In this document: piece after piece, positions 1-9,674 of the stretch
Numbering within the stretch: the first letter of the stretch is position 1
Layout: every line of letters begins with the position of its first letter
Source: Hyphomicrobium sp.
Lineage (GTDB): Bacteria; Pseudomonadota; Alphaproteobacteria; Rhizobiales; Hyphomicrobiaceae
Length of the DNA: 64,000 bases
Direction: 5' to 3'
Assembly (NCBI GenBank): GCA_031373745.1
Contig: JANMNH010000116.1
Span: 5,728-69,727 of the forward strand
Position numbers and translations under genes: made by a program
Notes under the pieces: model-generated
Databases searched by the model: none
Told to the model about the DNA's origin: nothing
The model's input: the letters and a program-made list of their open reading frames with translations, nothing else

Positions 1-438
1 GCGGGGTTTGCGGCCGGCGGCTTTGTCTATGCGGCGCTCGTTGGTAAGATGTTGCCGCGCATCGGTGTCTATCATTTGATGCGCACAGGCTCGCTGCTGA
101 CGGCGCTAGGATTTTTCTTGCTCTCGCCGGAGTGGTCTTGGCCGGTCGAAATGGCGCTTTTCGTTCTGATCGGCGCAGGCTTTTACATGCTGCACAATTC
201 ACTGCAGACCGAAGCGACCGAGCTGGCACCCGACAACCGCGCCTCCGCCGTTGCCGCGCACGCATTTTTCTTTTTTCTGGGGCAAGCGGCCGGGCCGCTT
301 ATTTATGCGTTCGCGCTTGAACGTTTCGGCGCGCAGGTTTCGCTTATTTGTGCGGGCATCGTGTTCGCCCTGGCCGGGCTTGTCACCGCCGCGGGGCTTA
401 AAGCGCGGACAGGCGTGCCTAGCGGATCGGAGCCCTGA
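1..438 (+). CDS. MFS transporter, C-terminal part (5'-truncated by window edge)
   Basis: Frame is open from base 1 (AGFAAGGFVYAALVGKMLPR...). Multiple hydrophobic helices and MFS-like C-terminal motif 'TELAPDNRASAVAAHAFFFFLGQAAGP'. Confidence 0.8.
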   Translation, partial: AGFAAGGFVYAALVGKMLPRIGVYHLMRTGSLLTALGFFLLSPEWSWPVEMALFVLIGAGFYMLHNSLQTEATELAPDNRASAVAAHAFFFFLGQAAGPLIYAFALERFGAQVSLICAGIVFALAGLVTAAGLKARTGVPSGSEP

Positions 439-769
439 ACACGAAAAAAGCGCCTGCACATATGAGCGCGAAGCCGATGCCGTGATTGATGGTGATTTTC
501 TCGCCAAGGTACAAAACCGAAAACCCGGCGAAGACCAGTAGCGTGATGACTTCCTGCATGGTCTTCAATTCGGCGGTCGAGTAGACCGCCGAGCCCCAGC
601 GGTTCGCCGGCACCGCAAGGCAATATTCAAGGCCGGCTATCATCCAGCTTGCGAAGATCGCGAGCCATAAGGGGCTCGATTGGTACTTTAAGTGGCCGTA
701 CCAGGCGAACGTCATGAACACGTTCGAGGCGAGCAGCATCAAGACGGGAAGCAAATGTGATGTGGTCAT
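419..769 (-). CDS. DMT-superfamily small membrane protein (DUF486)
   Basis: 116 aa, four hydrophobic segments; motifs 'SNVFMTFAWYGHLK', 'EYCLAVPANRWG', 'LKTMQEVITL' are typical of DUF486. Confidence 0.85.
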   Translation of the reverse strand: MTTSHLLPVLMLLASNVFMTFAWYGHLKYQSSPLWLAIFASWMIAGLEYCLAVPANRWGSAVYSTAELKTMQEVITLLVFAGFSVLYLGEKITINHGIGFALICAGAFFVFRAPIR

Positions 770-862
770 TCAAGCCTCGGTAGTCGGCGTGCCCGGCGCG
801 GCCCTAACGGCTTAGCGCGATTCGAGAAAACAGTGCATCGTGCCTGCCGGGGAATTAGGCAT

Positions 863-883
863 TCTGCCAAACGATGATGCAGA
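863..883 (+). promoter_or_regulatory. Candidate NtrC-type enhancer-binding-protein site
   Basis: TCTGC-N11-GCAGA inverted repeat (TGC-N11-GCA core; TGCCAAACGATGATGCA resembles NtrC consensus TGCACCANNNTGGTGCA), about 55-70 bp upstream of a -24/-12 element. GATGCAGA recurs 21 bp later (897-904). Confidence 0.45.
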
Positions 884-934
884 GATAGTCGTTGGCGATG
901 CAGAATCCGTCGGATTTGCTGACGGCCCGCAGGT

Positions 935-950
935 TGGCCCGCGCCTTGCT
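935..950 (+). promoter_or_regulatory. Sigma54 (-24/-12) promoter of the Anbu operon
   Basis: TGGCCC-GCGCC-TTGCT with invariant GG (936-937) and GC (948-949) separated by exactly 10 nt, just upstream of the ATP-grasp gene. Confidence 0.7.
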
Positions 951-976
951 CTAGTGAACGATGGTCCAACGGAAGG

Positions 977-2401
977 ATGATTTGCTTGACGGCGGCGTTT
1001 GACGAAATGAGCGCTTTCGGCGGCGGAGTCCGGGAGCCGTACCGCGCGCTCGCCGAGTGGCTTGGCGGTCAGCGCATCGAGACCTTGCAGCAGAAGACTT
1101 CCGAAGCCGAAGCACTATTCCGCCGGTCTGGCATCACGTTTGCCGTTTACGGTGCCGACGATACGAGCGAAAGGCTCATCCCCTTCGATATTCTGCCGCG
1201 CATAATTTCGAGCGAAGAGTGGCGCCGCTTGGAAGCGGGCATCGAACAGCGCGTACGTGCGCTCAACGCATTCATGTTCGACATCTACCATCGTCAGGAA
1301 ATTTTAAAGGCTGGCTGTATTCCCGAGGCATTGATCGTTCAGAATAAGGCCTTCGTGCCAGAAATGATCGGTGTCGACCCGCCGCGCGGTATCTATAGCC
1401 ACATCATCGGAATCGATCTCGTGCGCACGAGTGAAAACGACTTCATGGTGCTCGAAGACAATACGCGCACGCCCTCCGGCGTTTCGTATATGCTGGAGAA
1501 CCGGGAAACGATGCTGCATCTCTTTCCTGATCTCTTTTCGCGCAATCGCGTCCGCCCGGTTGAGAATTATCCCGAGAAACTGCGCCAGACGCTGGAAAGC
1601 GTCGCGCCGTCCAATCTCGATGCCGAGCCGACGATAGCCCTTTTGACGCCGGGTCCCTACAATAGCGCGTATTTCGAGCATTCGTTTCTTGCCGATCAAA
1701 TGGGCATCGAACTGGTCGAAGGGCCGGACTTGATCGTCATCGACGGCGAACTGCTTATGAAGACAACGCAAGGACTGAAGCGCGTCGATGTGCTGTACCG
1801 GCGCATCGATGACGAATTCCTTGACCCGCTCGTATTTCATCCGGTCTCGATGCTTGGCGTGCCAGGCATTTTCGACGTCTATCGCGCCGGCCGCGTTACC
1901 ATCGCCAATGCGCCCGGGGCGGGCATCGCCGACGACAAAGCGATCTACAGCTATATTCCGGCAATCATCGAGTTTTATACCGGCCGCGCGCCGATATTGG
2001 CAAACGTTGAAACTCACAATTGCCGGGAACCGGAGGCGCTTAAGTATGCGCTCGCCAATCTAGAGAAGCTCGTCGTTAAGGAAGTGCACGGTTCGGGCGG
2101 TTACGGCATGCTCGTCGGACCCGCTGCGACGGCCGCTGAGATTGAAGCATTCCGCGCCAAACTCAAGGCGAACCCATCGAACTATATCGCACAGCCAACG
2201 CTCGCGCTGTCTACCTGCCCGACGCTCGTTAATTCGGGTGTCGCGCCGCGCCATCTCGATCTCCGGCCTTTTGTTCTGGTTGGCGACGAAGTGCGCGTGG
2301 TGCCGGGCGGCTTAACGCGCGTAGCGCTGAAACAAGGTTCGCTCGTCGTCAATTCAAGCCAAGGCGGGGGCACTAAGGACACTTGGGTGCTGCAGGATTA
2401 A
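977..2401 (+). CDS. Circularly permuted type 2 ATP-grasp protein (DUF404/407 family)
   Basis: Motifs 'GITFAVYG...ERLIPFDILPRII', 'VLEDNTRTPSGVSYMLENR', 'DVLYRRIDDEFLDP', 'VVNSSQGGGTKDTWV'. The true start may be TTG at 986 (MTAAFDEM), given SD GGAAGG at 971-976. Confidence 0.92.
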   Translation: MICLTAAFDEMSAFGGGVREPYRALAEWLGGQRIETLQQKTSEAEALFRRSGITFAVYGADDTSERLIPFDILPRIISSEEWRRLEAGIEQRVRALNAFMFDIYHRQEILKAGCIPEALIVQNKAFVPEMIGVDPPRGIYSHIIGIDLVRTSENDFMVLEDNTRTPSGVSYMLENRETMLHLFPDLFSRNRVRPVENYPEKLRQTLESVAPSNLDAEPTIALLTPGPYNSAYFEHSFLADQMGIELVEGPDLIVIDGELLMKTTQGLKRVDVLYRRIDDEFLDPLVFHPVSMLGVPGIFDVYRAGRVTIANAPGAGIADDKAIYSYIPAIIEFYTGRAPILANVETHNCREPEALKYALANLEKLVVKEVHGSGGYGMLVGPAATAAEIEAFRAKLKANPSNYIAQPTLALSTCPTLVNSGVAPRHLDLRPFVLVGDEVRVVPGGLTRVALKQGSLVVNSSQGGGTKDTWVLQD

Positions 2402-2407
2402 CGAAAC

Positions 2408-3355
2408 ATGCTCGGACGCGCCGCAAACGATCTCTATTGGCTATCCCGCTCGATCGAGCGGGCAGAAAACATGGCCAGACTCGTTGAGGTCGGCTACCGC
2501 ATCGTGTTGCTTCCGAGGGAAGGCGAAGGATTTCACGCGGAATGGCAATCGACGCTGGAAAGCGCGGGATGTCTCGATGGATACTTGCAGCGCTACGGGG
2601 AGTATGAGACGTCGAACGTCATAAATTACATGCTTTTCGATGCCGAAAACCCTTCGAGCATCGCTTCGTGCTTGAGTGGCGCCCGGCGCAACGGGCGAGC
2701 GCAGCGAACCGCCTTGACCCGCGAGATGTGGGAAAGCCTGAATAGCGCGTGGCTTGAGTTCTCGGCAATTAAACCGGAATCGGTGACGTCGAATTCTCTA
2801 CCCGGCCTCCTCGATTGGGTGCGCTCGCGGTCCGCGCTTTACCGGGGCGCGCTGATGAATACTATTCTCCGCAACGATACCTTCTACTTCAGCCAACTCG
2901 GGACCTTCATCGAGCGGGCCGACAGCACGTCGCGGATTCTCGATGTCAAATATTACCATCTGCTGCCGTCGAGCGAGATGGTCGGAAGCGGAAAAGACAA
3001 TTTCCAGTGGACGGCTATTCTCAGGTCCGTCTCGGCGCATCGCAGTTACCGGTGGGTCTTCAAGGATGCTTACAGACCTTGGAAAATCGCAGACTATCTC
3101 ATTCTCAACCGGCAGATGCCGCGTTCGTTTCGCTCCTGTTACGACGAACTGACACAAGCTCTCAACGACCTCGGCACGCTTTACGGCGAGCGGCATGAGT
3201 GCCATGCGACAGTCAATGCGACGCGCGACGTGCTTCTGGACGGCGACATCCAGAAGATATTCCAAACAGGTCTGCATGAGTTCGTTCAGGATTTCATCAG
3301 CCGCAACAACAAACTCGGCAGCGACATCTCGCGCGCTTACCACTTCACAGGGTGA
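2408..3355 (+). CDS. Alpha-E domain protein (DUF403)
   Basis: Two ER motifs ('LSRSIERAENMARL', 'LGTFIERADSTSRILDVKY'); sits between ATP-grasp and transglutaminase genes. Confidence 0.92.
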   Translation: MLGRAANDLYWLSRSIERAENMARLVEVGYRIVLLPREGEGFHAEWQSTLESAGCLDGYLQRYGEYETSNVINYMLFDAENPSSIASCLSGARRNGRAQRTALTREMWESLNSAWLEFSAIKPESVTSNSLPGLLDWVRSRSALYRGALMNTILRNDTFYFSQLGTFIERADSTSRILDVKYYHLLPSSEMVGSGKDNFQWTAILRSVSAHRSYRWVFKDAYRPWKIADYLILNRQMPRSFRSCYDELTQALNDLGTLYGERHECHATVNATRDVLLDGDIQKIFQTGLHEFVQDFISRNNKLGSDISRAYHFTG

Positions 3356-3367
3356 GGAGAGTACGGC

Positions 3368-4177
3368 ATGCGCATTTCGATTGGTCACGTCTCGCGCTAT
3401 ACCTACGGCGAGGCTGCGGCATACTCCATTCAGACGCTGCGCTTGACGCCTCCTAATTTTGCAGGTCAGCGCGTCGTCGATTGGACGATCAGTGCGCCGG
3501 GCATTGAGAGGGCCACGCATTTTCGCGATGGTTATGGCAACGCGGCGCATCTCGTTACGTACTCGGGCAGCCATAGCGAAAGCCTAGTCATCGCAAAAGG
3601 TGTTGTCGAAACGGAAGATCGCGCGGGCGTGGTGCAAGGACTGCAAGAGACCGCGCCCTTGCGCATCTATCTGCGGCAGACGGCGGCGACTGCTCCCGGC
3701 CTGCGCGTTCATGATCTTGCGCAGGCGGCCGGAACGGACCCGGGAGTCGCGCGATTTCATAAATTGATGCAACTCGTGCGCGAAGCTGTCGCCTACCAGA
3801 TCGGCGTCACGAACGAGCACACAAGTGCCGAACAAGCTCTCGAACAGGGCCGCGGCGTGTGCCAGGACCATGCGCACGTGTTCATTGCAGCAGCGCGCTT
3901 GCTCGGTGTTCCAGCCCGCTACGTCAACGGCTACTTCTTTGCAGAAACCGATGAACCCTCTGAAGCCCACCACGCCTGGGCGGAAGTTTGGGTTGACGCG
4001 ATCGGATGGGTCGGCTTCGACCCCGCGAACGGCATTTGCCCGACCGAACGCTATGTGCGCCTTGCTGTTGGACTTGATTCGGCATCCGCCGCCCCCATTC
4101 GCGGCACGCGGCGGGGAGGCACCAACGAAGCACTTGACGTTGTCGTCGAAGTTCAGCAGGCAAGCACCCAGCAATAG
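3368..4177 (+). CDS. Transglutaminase-like protein (Bact_transglu_N + Transglut_core)
   Basis: Cys-His-Asp triad motifs 'GVCQDHAH', 'HHAWAEVW', 'GFDPAN'; N-terminal 'ISIGHVSRYTY...LRLTP'. Confidence 0.92.
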   Translation: MRISIGHVSRYTYGEAAAYSIQTLRLTPPNFAGQRVVDWTISAPGIERATHFRDGYGNAAHLVTYSGSHSESLVIAKGVVETEDRAGVVQGLQETAPLRIYLRQTAATAPGLRVHDLAQAAGTDPGVARFHKLMQLVREAVAYQIGVTNEHTSAEQALEQGRGVCQDHAHVFIAAARLLGVPARYVNGYFFAETDEPSEAHHAWAEVWVDAIGWVGFDPANGICPTERYVRLAVGLDSASAAPIRGTRRGGTNEALDVVVEVQQASTQQ

Positions 4178-4206
4178 CCGCTGAACATAGGGACGAGGAG
4201 ACGGCA

Positions 4207-4938
4207 ATGACTTACGGTGTGGCGCTGCGCCTGGAGCGCGGCTTGGTGTTTGCGGCCGATACGCGTACCAATGCAGGCGTCGATAACATTGCGCAGTACC
4301 GCAAACTGCAGTTCTGGCGCAAGCCGGGCGACCGGGTTGTTGTGCTGCTGTCAGCCGGCAACTTGGGCGTCACGCAATCTGTCCTCAGTCTGTTGAACGA
4401 ACAGCTGACGCTGGAAACGCCCGATGAAACGCACCTGTTCAACGCGCCCAACATGTTTCGTGCCGCGCGCGTCGTCGGCGACGCGGTGCGCGAATGCCGG
4501 CGCGTTGACGGCCAGGCGCTGGAATCCAGCAAGGCGGGGTTTGCCGCCTCGTTCATATTCGGCGGCCAGATTGGCACCGAGCGCCCGCGCCTGTTTCAGA
4601 TCTACTCCGAAGGTAATTTCATCGAGGCGACCGACGACACGCCGTTCCTTCAGATCGGCGAGCACAAATACGGCAAGCCGATCCTCGACCGCGTTGCGCG
4701 TGCGGACATGCGGCTCGGCGAAGCAGCGAAATTGATGCTTTTGTCGTTCGATTCTACGCTGCGCTCGAACCTGTCGGTGGGAATGCCGATCGATATCTTG
4801 GTCTATGAGCGCGATTCTCTCGACGTGCGGCGCGAAAAGCGCATCGAAGCCGATGACGAGTATTTCAAAAGTCTTTCGTCGGCGTGGTCGGATGCGCTGC
4901 GGCACGCCTTCGCAAAAATAGACGAGTTCAAGGTCTAG
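4207..4938 (+). CDS. anbu: Anbu proteasome-related Ntn-hydrolase
   Basis: N-terminal Thr1 with Asp17 and Lys32 ('TYGVALRLERGLVFAADTRTNAGVDNIAQYRKL'), 'QIGEHKYGKPILDR', 'SFDSTLRSNLSVGMPID'. Confidence 0.92.
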   Translation: MTYGVALRLERGLVFAADTRTNAGVDNIAQYRKLQFWRKPGDRVVVLLSAGNLGVTQSVLSLLNEQLTLETPDETHLFNAPNMFRAARVVGDAVRECRRVDGQALESSKAGFAASFIFGGQIGTERPRLFQIYSEGNFIEATDDTPFLQIGEHKYGKPILDRVARADMRLGEAAKLMLLSFDSTLRSNLSVGMPIDILVYERDSLDVRREKRIEADDEYFKSLSSAWSDALRHAFAKIDEFKV

Positions 4939-5078
4939 GGTCAGCCTCGCAGCGGCGCGCGATGATGTGCAGCGGCAAGTCGAAAACGCGGGTGCGATCC
5001 GATTGAGAACCCATTGCCGCCGTCGCGCGCATCAGATAGCGCTTTGCACCAGGACAGCATCGCCCTGGGGATCGACCC

Positions 5079-6380
5079 ATGAAAATCTGCATGATCGGCG
5101 CGGGATATGTGGGGCTCGTCTCTGCGGCCTGCTTTTCGGAATTCGGCTGGCACGTCGTCTGCGTCGATAAGGACAAAGAGCGCTTGGCCGAGCTCAATGC
5201 CGGGCGCTCGCCGATCTATGAGCCGGGTCTCGACGACCTCATGCAGCGCAATATGCGCGCCGGCCGCCTGATCTTCACGGGCGATTTAACGGATGCCGTT
5301 AAAGGGGCCGACGTCGTCTTCCTTGCGGTCGGAACGCCCATGCGGCGCGGCGACGGATATGCGGACTTGTCGTATGTCTACGCAGCTGTAGACGAAATCA
5401 CGCCGCATCTCGAGGGGTTCACGGTAGTAACGACGAAATCGACGGTGCCCGTCGGCACCAGCCGCGAAATCGAAGCGCGCATCCGCAATTTGCGGCCGGA
5501 TGCCAACATTGCGGTTTGTTCAAACCCGGAATTCCTGCGCGAGGGCTCGGCCATTCAGGACTTCACGCATCCTGACCGCGTGCTTGTCGGCACCGATAGC
5601 AAAGCAGCTCAAGAAGTCATGGACCAGCTTTACAAACCGCTTTCGCTGCGCGGCTCTCCGGTCATGTTCGTATCGCGCGAATCCGCCGAACTTGCGAAGT
5701 ACGCGGCCAACGCGTTTCTCGCGCTCAAGATCAGCTTCATCAACGAAGTGGCGGATCTTTGCGAGCAAGTCGGCGCCGACGTGCAGCAGGTGGCAAGCGC
5801 CATCGGCAAAGACAAACGTATTGGCGACAAGTTCTTGCATCCCGGTCCCGGCTATGGCGGCTCATGCTTTCCGAAGGACGTAGAGGCCTTGATCCGCACG
5901 GGGCGCGAAAATAAAGCGCCGCTTTCGCTCATCGAACAGGTCGAGCGCGTCAACCGCGAGCGCAAGATCGCCATGACGGGCCGCATTGAAGACGCGCTGG
6001 GCGGGGCCTTGCGCGGCAAGACGATTGGCATTCTTGGCGTGACGTTCAAGCCCAACACCGACGACATGCGGGACGCGCCGAGCCTTGTCATTTTACCGAT
6101 GCTGATGGATCGCGGCGCAATCGTCAAAGCGTTCGACCCGCAGGGCCGGAAGCACGCGGCACTCTTGCTGCCAGGCGTCAAATGGTGCGATAGCGCGCTT
6201 GAGACGGCTGATGGCGCCGATGTTTTGGTCGTTCTGACGGAATGGAACGAGTTCCGCGCCCTCGATCTCAAGGACGTGCGCAAGCGTATGAAGGGCACAA
6301 AGCTCGTGGACTTGCGCAACATATTCGTGCCGCGCACCGCCCTTGAAGCGGGATTGCATTACAAGGGCATTGGCCGCTGA
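5079..6380 (+). CDS. ugd: UDP-glucose 6-dehydrogenase
   Basis: 'MIGAGYVGL' Rossmann motif, 'NPEFLREG', 'GPGYGGSCFPKD', 'FKPNTDDMR'. Confidence 0.93.
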   Translation: MKICMIGAGYVGLVSAACFSEFGWHVVCVDKDKERLAELNAGRSPIYEPGLDDLMQRNMRAGRLIFTGDLTDAVKGADVVFLAVGTPMRRGDGYADLSYVYAAVDEITPHLEGFTVVTTKSTVPVGTSREIEARIRNLRPDANIAVCSNPEFLREGSAIQDFTHPDRVLVGTDSKAAQEVMDQLYKPLSLRGSPVMFVSRESAELAKYAANAFLALKISFINEVADLCEQVGADVQQVASAIGKDKRIGDKFLHPGPGYGGSCFPKDVEALIRTGRENKAPLSLIEQVERVNRERKIAMTGRIEDALGGALRGKTIGILGVTFKPNTDDMRDAPSLVILPMLMDRGAIVKAFDPQGRKHAALLLPGVKWCDSALETADGADVLVVLTEWNEFRALDLKDVRKRMKGTKLVDLRNIFVPRTALEAGLHYKGIGR

Positions 6381-6395
6381 GACCAGTGATGGCTC

Positions 6396-7751
6396 TCAGC
6401 GCTCCTTGAACGCCTTGGCGAACTGGTCCTCGATCGGTCTCGTCAGGTAAGAAAGCGCTGTGCGCGCGGTCGTCACGATTTGCACGTCCGCCGGCATGCC
6501 GGGCACGAGTTTCAAACCGTCGAGCTTCTGCATTTCAGAATCTGGAATTTCAATTCGGGCGACATAGTACGAAATGTTGTTGTGCTGATCGTGCGTCAGA
6601 TCGGCCGCGACATTGATTACCTTGCCGGAAACGGTCGGTGTCGTGCGCTGGTTGAATGCCGTTAGACGAATCGTTGCTTCCTCGTGAGATCGCGCCTGAT
6701 CGATATCTTGCGGCGCGATCCGTGCTTCGACGAGCAGGCGGTCGCCTTCGGGAACGATCAGCATTAAAGGATCGGCAGGATTGATGACGCCGCCGACCGT
6801 AAAGACGGTCAGTTGATGCACGAGGCCGTCTACCGGGCTTTTCAAATCGATGCGGCGCAACTGGTCTTCGGCCGCTATGCGCCGTTCGCCAAGTTCCGAA
6901 AATTTGCCTTCCGCTTCGCGCAATTCCTTGACGACGTCGCTCTTGGCTTCCTGGTCGATGCCGATGCGTTGCATTTCAATTTCGGCGATCTTGCCCCGGC
7001 TGGTTCCGGCTGCGGCCTGTAAGTGCGCCTTTTCGCCATCGAGGCGCGCGCCCTCGCGCCGCAAGTTATTGATCTTCGTCGTCGGCACAAGCTGCTTGGC
7101 TTCGAGCGTCTCGAGGCCCGTGAGTTCCTTGGCGATTAAGTCGATCTCGCGGGTCTTTGCGGCCGCTTGAGAGACGAGACCCGATATCTCTTCCTCAAGT
7201 CCGGAAATTCTTTCGCCCAATTGGTTTTTTTGAGATGCTCGCGTGCCGACGCGCGATTCAAAGTGCGTTTTTTCGCCAGCCAGAATTTGCCCGATGGCCG
7301 GGTCATCGGCGCGCTTCAGAAGTTCTTCCGGAAAGGTAACGACCGCTGTTTCGTCGCGCTCGGCGCGCAAGCGCGCAATGCGGCCCATGAGTTGGTCCAT
7401 TTGCCGGGTTATGACCTGGAGGCTTGCTCGCGTCATGGTCTCGTCGAGGCGCACAAGCACGTCGCCGACTTTCACATGGTCGCCGTTTTTGACGAAAATC
7501 TGCCCGACAACTCCGCCGGTTGGGTGCTGAATTTTCTTGACGTTGCTGGCGACAACGACGGTGCCGGGCGCAAGAACGGCGCCGGCAAGATCGGTCGTGG
7601 CCGCCCAGCCTCCCATGCCGCCGACCAGGAGAACAAGCGTCGCAAATCCGAGCGCCACATAATTCTTGACCGAAGTCAGTTTGTGGTCGAGGCGAACAGG
7701 AGCTTGGCGCAGTTTTGCGCTCTCTGAGGCGGCTACAATCTCTTTGCTCAT
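6396..7751 (-). CDS. Type I secretion membrane-fusion protein, HlyD/PrtE/PrsE family
   Basis: N-terminal TM, 'IQHPTGGVVGQIFVKNGDHVKVGDVLVRLD', long coiled coil, 'LVPGMPADVQI', 'SYLTRPI'. Confidence 0.92.
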   Translation of the reverse strand: MSKEIVAASESAKLRQAPVRLDHKLTSVKNYVALGFATLVLLVGGMGGWAATTDLAGAVLAPGTVVVASNVKKIQHPTGGVVGQIFVKNGDHVKVGDVLVRLDETMTRASLQVITRQMDQLMGRIARLRAERDETAVVTFPEELLKRADDPAIGQILAGEKTHFESRVGTRASQKNQLGERISGLEEEISGLVSQAAAKTREIDLIAKELTGLETLEAKQLVPTTKINNLRREGARLDGEKAHLQAAAGTSRGKIAEIEMQRIGIDQEAKSDVVKELREAEGKFSELGERRIAAEDQLRRIDLKSPVDGLVHQLTVFTVGGVINPADPLMLIVPEGDRLLVEARIAPQDIDQARSHEEATIRLTAFNQRTTPTVSGKVINVAADLTHDQHNNISYYVARIEIPDSEMQKLDGLKLVPGMPADVQIVTTARTALSYLTRPIEDQFAKAFKER

Positions 7752-9541
7752 GCCGAATCCTTCGCGTGCATTGGGAGATGCTGTTCGTGGCCTTCGATGC
7801 GCGCCGGTGCGCTTTCGTTTCCTTGCGGCACAGTCTGCAGGATATTGCGCAAAACTTCGTCCTTGGGACCGAAGGCGCGGGTCTGGCCGTTGGCCAGGAC
7901 GAGGACCTTGCTGACGGCCGCGAGAGCGGACGGGCGGTGCGCGATCACGATGGCTATGCCGCCGCGGCGGCGCACGGAAAGTATGGCTTCGGTCAATGCG
8001 GCGTCACCTGCAGCGTCAAGGCTGGCGTTTGGTTCGTCCAGCACGACGAGGAAAGGATTGCCATAAAGAGCGCGCGCAAGGGCAACACGCTGGCGTTCGC
8101 CGCCGGAGAGCGATCGGCCGCTTTCGCCTATGCGGGTTTGGTAGCCTTGTTGCAGGCGGACGATGAGGTCGTGAGATCCGGCAGCTTTTGCGGCGGCGAT
8201 GACGGCTTCGCTGGTCGCGTCTGGATCGAAGCGCGCGATATTCTCCGCGATTGTCCCATCGAAGAGTTCGACGTCTTGCGGCATGTAACCAATATGCTTG
8301 CCGAGTTTTTCGGGCGTCCATTGATCGAGCGCTGCGCCATCGAGACGAATGGAACTCGCCGGATTGAGCGGCAGCCAGACTCCAACGAGCGCGCGCGCAA
8401 GGGAAGATTTGCCCGAGCCGCTTGGCCCGATGACGCCGAGCGCGTCGCCCTTCTCTAGGCCGAAGCCGACGTTCTTGATAATGGCTTCGTGCTGGCCCGG
8501 CGGGCCGACGAAGAGAGCTTCAACCGCAAGCTGACGCTTGGGAGCGGGGAGATCGACGACCTCGCGGTCGAGCGTGCCGGCGGCGGTCAAGAGTTCGCCC
8601 AAACGTTTTGCGCTCATGCGGGCGGAGATAAAACTTTTCCAATGGGCGATGGCGGATTCGATGGGGGCCAGCGCGCGCGACACGGTAATCGATGCCGCAA
8701 TAATTGCGCCGGCCGACAGTTCCTGGTGGATGACGAGATAAGCGCCAAAGCCGAGAACGGCGGACTGGAGCACCATGCGGATGACTTTGGTCAAGTTGCC
8801 GATGCCGCCGGCGGCGTCGGAAGCCTTAAGCTGATAGGCGAGATACTCGCTATTCAACGCGTCGAATCGTTTGCCGATGTGACCGCCGAGGCCCATGGCG
8901 AAAATGGCTTCTGCATTGCGCCGCGCCGATTCGGCGAGTGCTATTCTCTGGCCGCCTGCTTGGGACGCAGCCTTCATTGGCTTGGAGCTGCGTACTTCCG
9001 TGAGGACAGTAAGTGCGATCAGGGTCAGTGCACCTAGGACGGCGATCAGCGCGAGGGACGGGTGCAACATGTAAACGAAGAAAAGGTAGATCGGCATCCA
9101 AGGGAGATCGAAGAGGGCCGTCAAGCCAAGTCCGCCCATGAAGGAGCGAATCTGGTCGAGGTCGCGAATGGGCTGCATGCCGTCGCCGCCGCCGCGTGTT
9201 CTGAGCGGCAGGATCTGAACCGCTGCAAAAACTTTAGGGCTCAAGTTCTTGTCGATGCGCACGCCGACGCGGCTCATGATGCGCGCGCGAATGAACTCGA
9301 GTATGCCGTTTATGGCGTAGAGCCCAACCATCAAAACAGAAAGGCCGATGAGTGTCGGCACGGACTGAGACGGGAGCACCCGGTCGTAGACCTGGAGCAT
9401 GTAGAACGATCCGGCCAGCGCCAAAAAGTTGATCACGCCCGAGAACAGCGCAACGCTTGTGAGGATCGGGCTGTACTTCAGGAGCAGCGATGCAACCGGG
9501 TGCTTTTGCGCGTGCGTTGCGGCTTGTCGATTAATTGCCAT
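7748..9541 (-). CDS. Type I secretion ABC permease/ATPase, PrtD/AprD/PrsD family (no C39-like domain)
   Basis: 'YMLQVYDRVLPSQSVPTL', 'LFDLPWMP', Walker A 'GPSGSGKSS', signature 'LSGGERQR', Walker B 'VVLDEPNA'. 597 aa with no N-terminal peptidase-like domain. Confidence 0.93.
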   Translation of the reverse strand: MAINRQAATHAQKHPVASLLLKYSPILTSVALFSGVINFLALAGSFYMLQVYDRVLPSQSVPTLIGLSVLMVGLYAINGILEFIRARIMSRVGVRIDKNLSPKVFAAVQILPLRTRGGGDGMQPIRDLDQIRSFMGGLGLTALFDLPWMPIYLFFVYMLHPSLALIAVLGALTLIALTVLTEVRSSKPMKAASQAGGQRIALAESARRNAEAIFAMGLGGHIGKRFDALNSEYLAYQLKASDAAGGIGNLTKVIRMVLQSAVLGFGAYLVIHQELSAGAIIAASITVSRALAPIESAIAHWKSFISARMSAKRLGELLTAAGTLDREVVDLPAPKRQLAVEALFVGPPGQHEAIIKNVGFGLEKGDALGVIGPSGSGKSSLARALVGVWLPLNPASSIRLDGAALDQWTPEKLGKHIGYMPQDVELFDGTIAENIARFDPDATSEAVIAAAKAAGSHDLIVRLQQGYQTRIGESGRSLSGGERQRVALARALYGNPFLVVLDEPNASLDAAGDAALTEAILSVRRRGGIAIVIAHRPSALAAVSKVLVLANGQTRAFGPKDEVLRNILQTVPQGNESAPARIEGHEQHLPMHAKDSA

Positions 9542-9674
9542 TTTGCCTTCGGCATTCCGTCTCTGTTGAGCCTGTCGTCGCGAGAAGTCGTGTTGTGTTT
9601 TTGAGCGCGTCTTAATCTACGTCACATGCTGATCGAACTTGCCGATGGAACTCATGAAGGCTACGCAGGATTTT

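Noticed and set aside
7715-9604. Long plus-strand ORFs (247, 182 and 180 aa) opposite the T1SS ATPase
   Set aside because: Antisense shadows of a conserved high-GC gene; no recognisable motifs. They are not the missing T1SS substrate.
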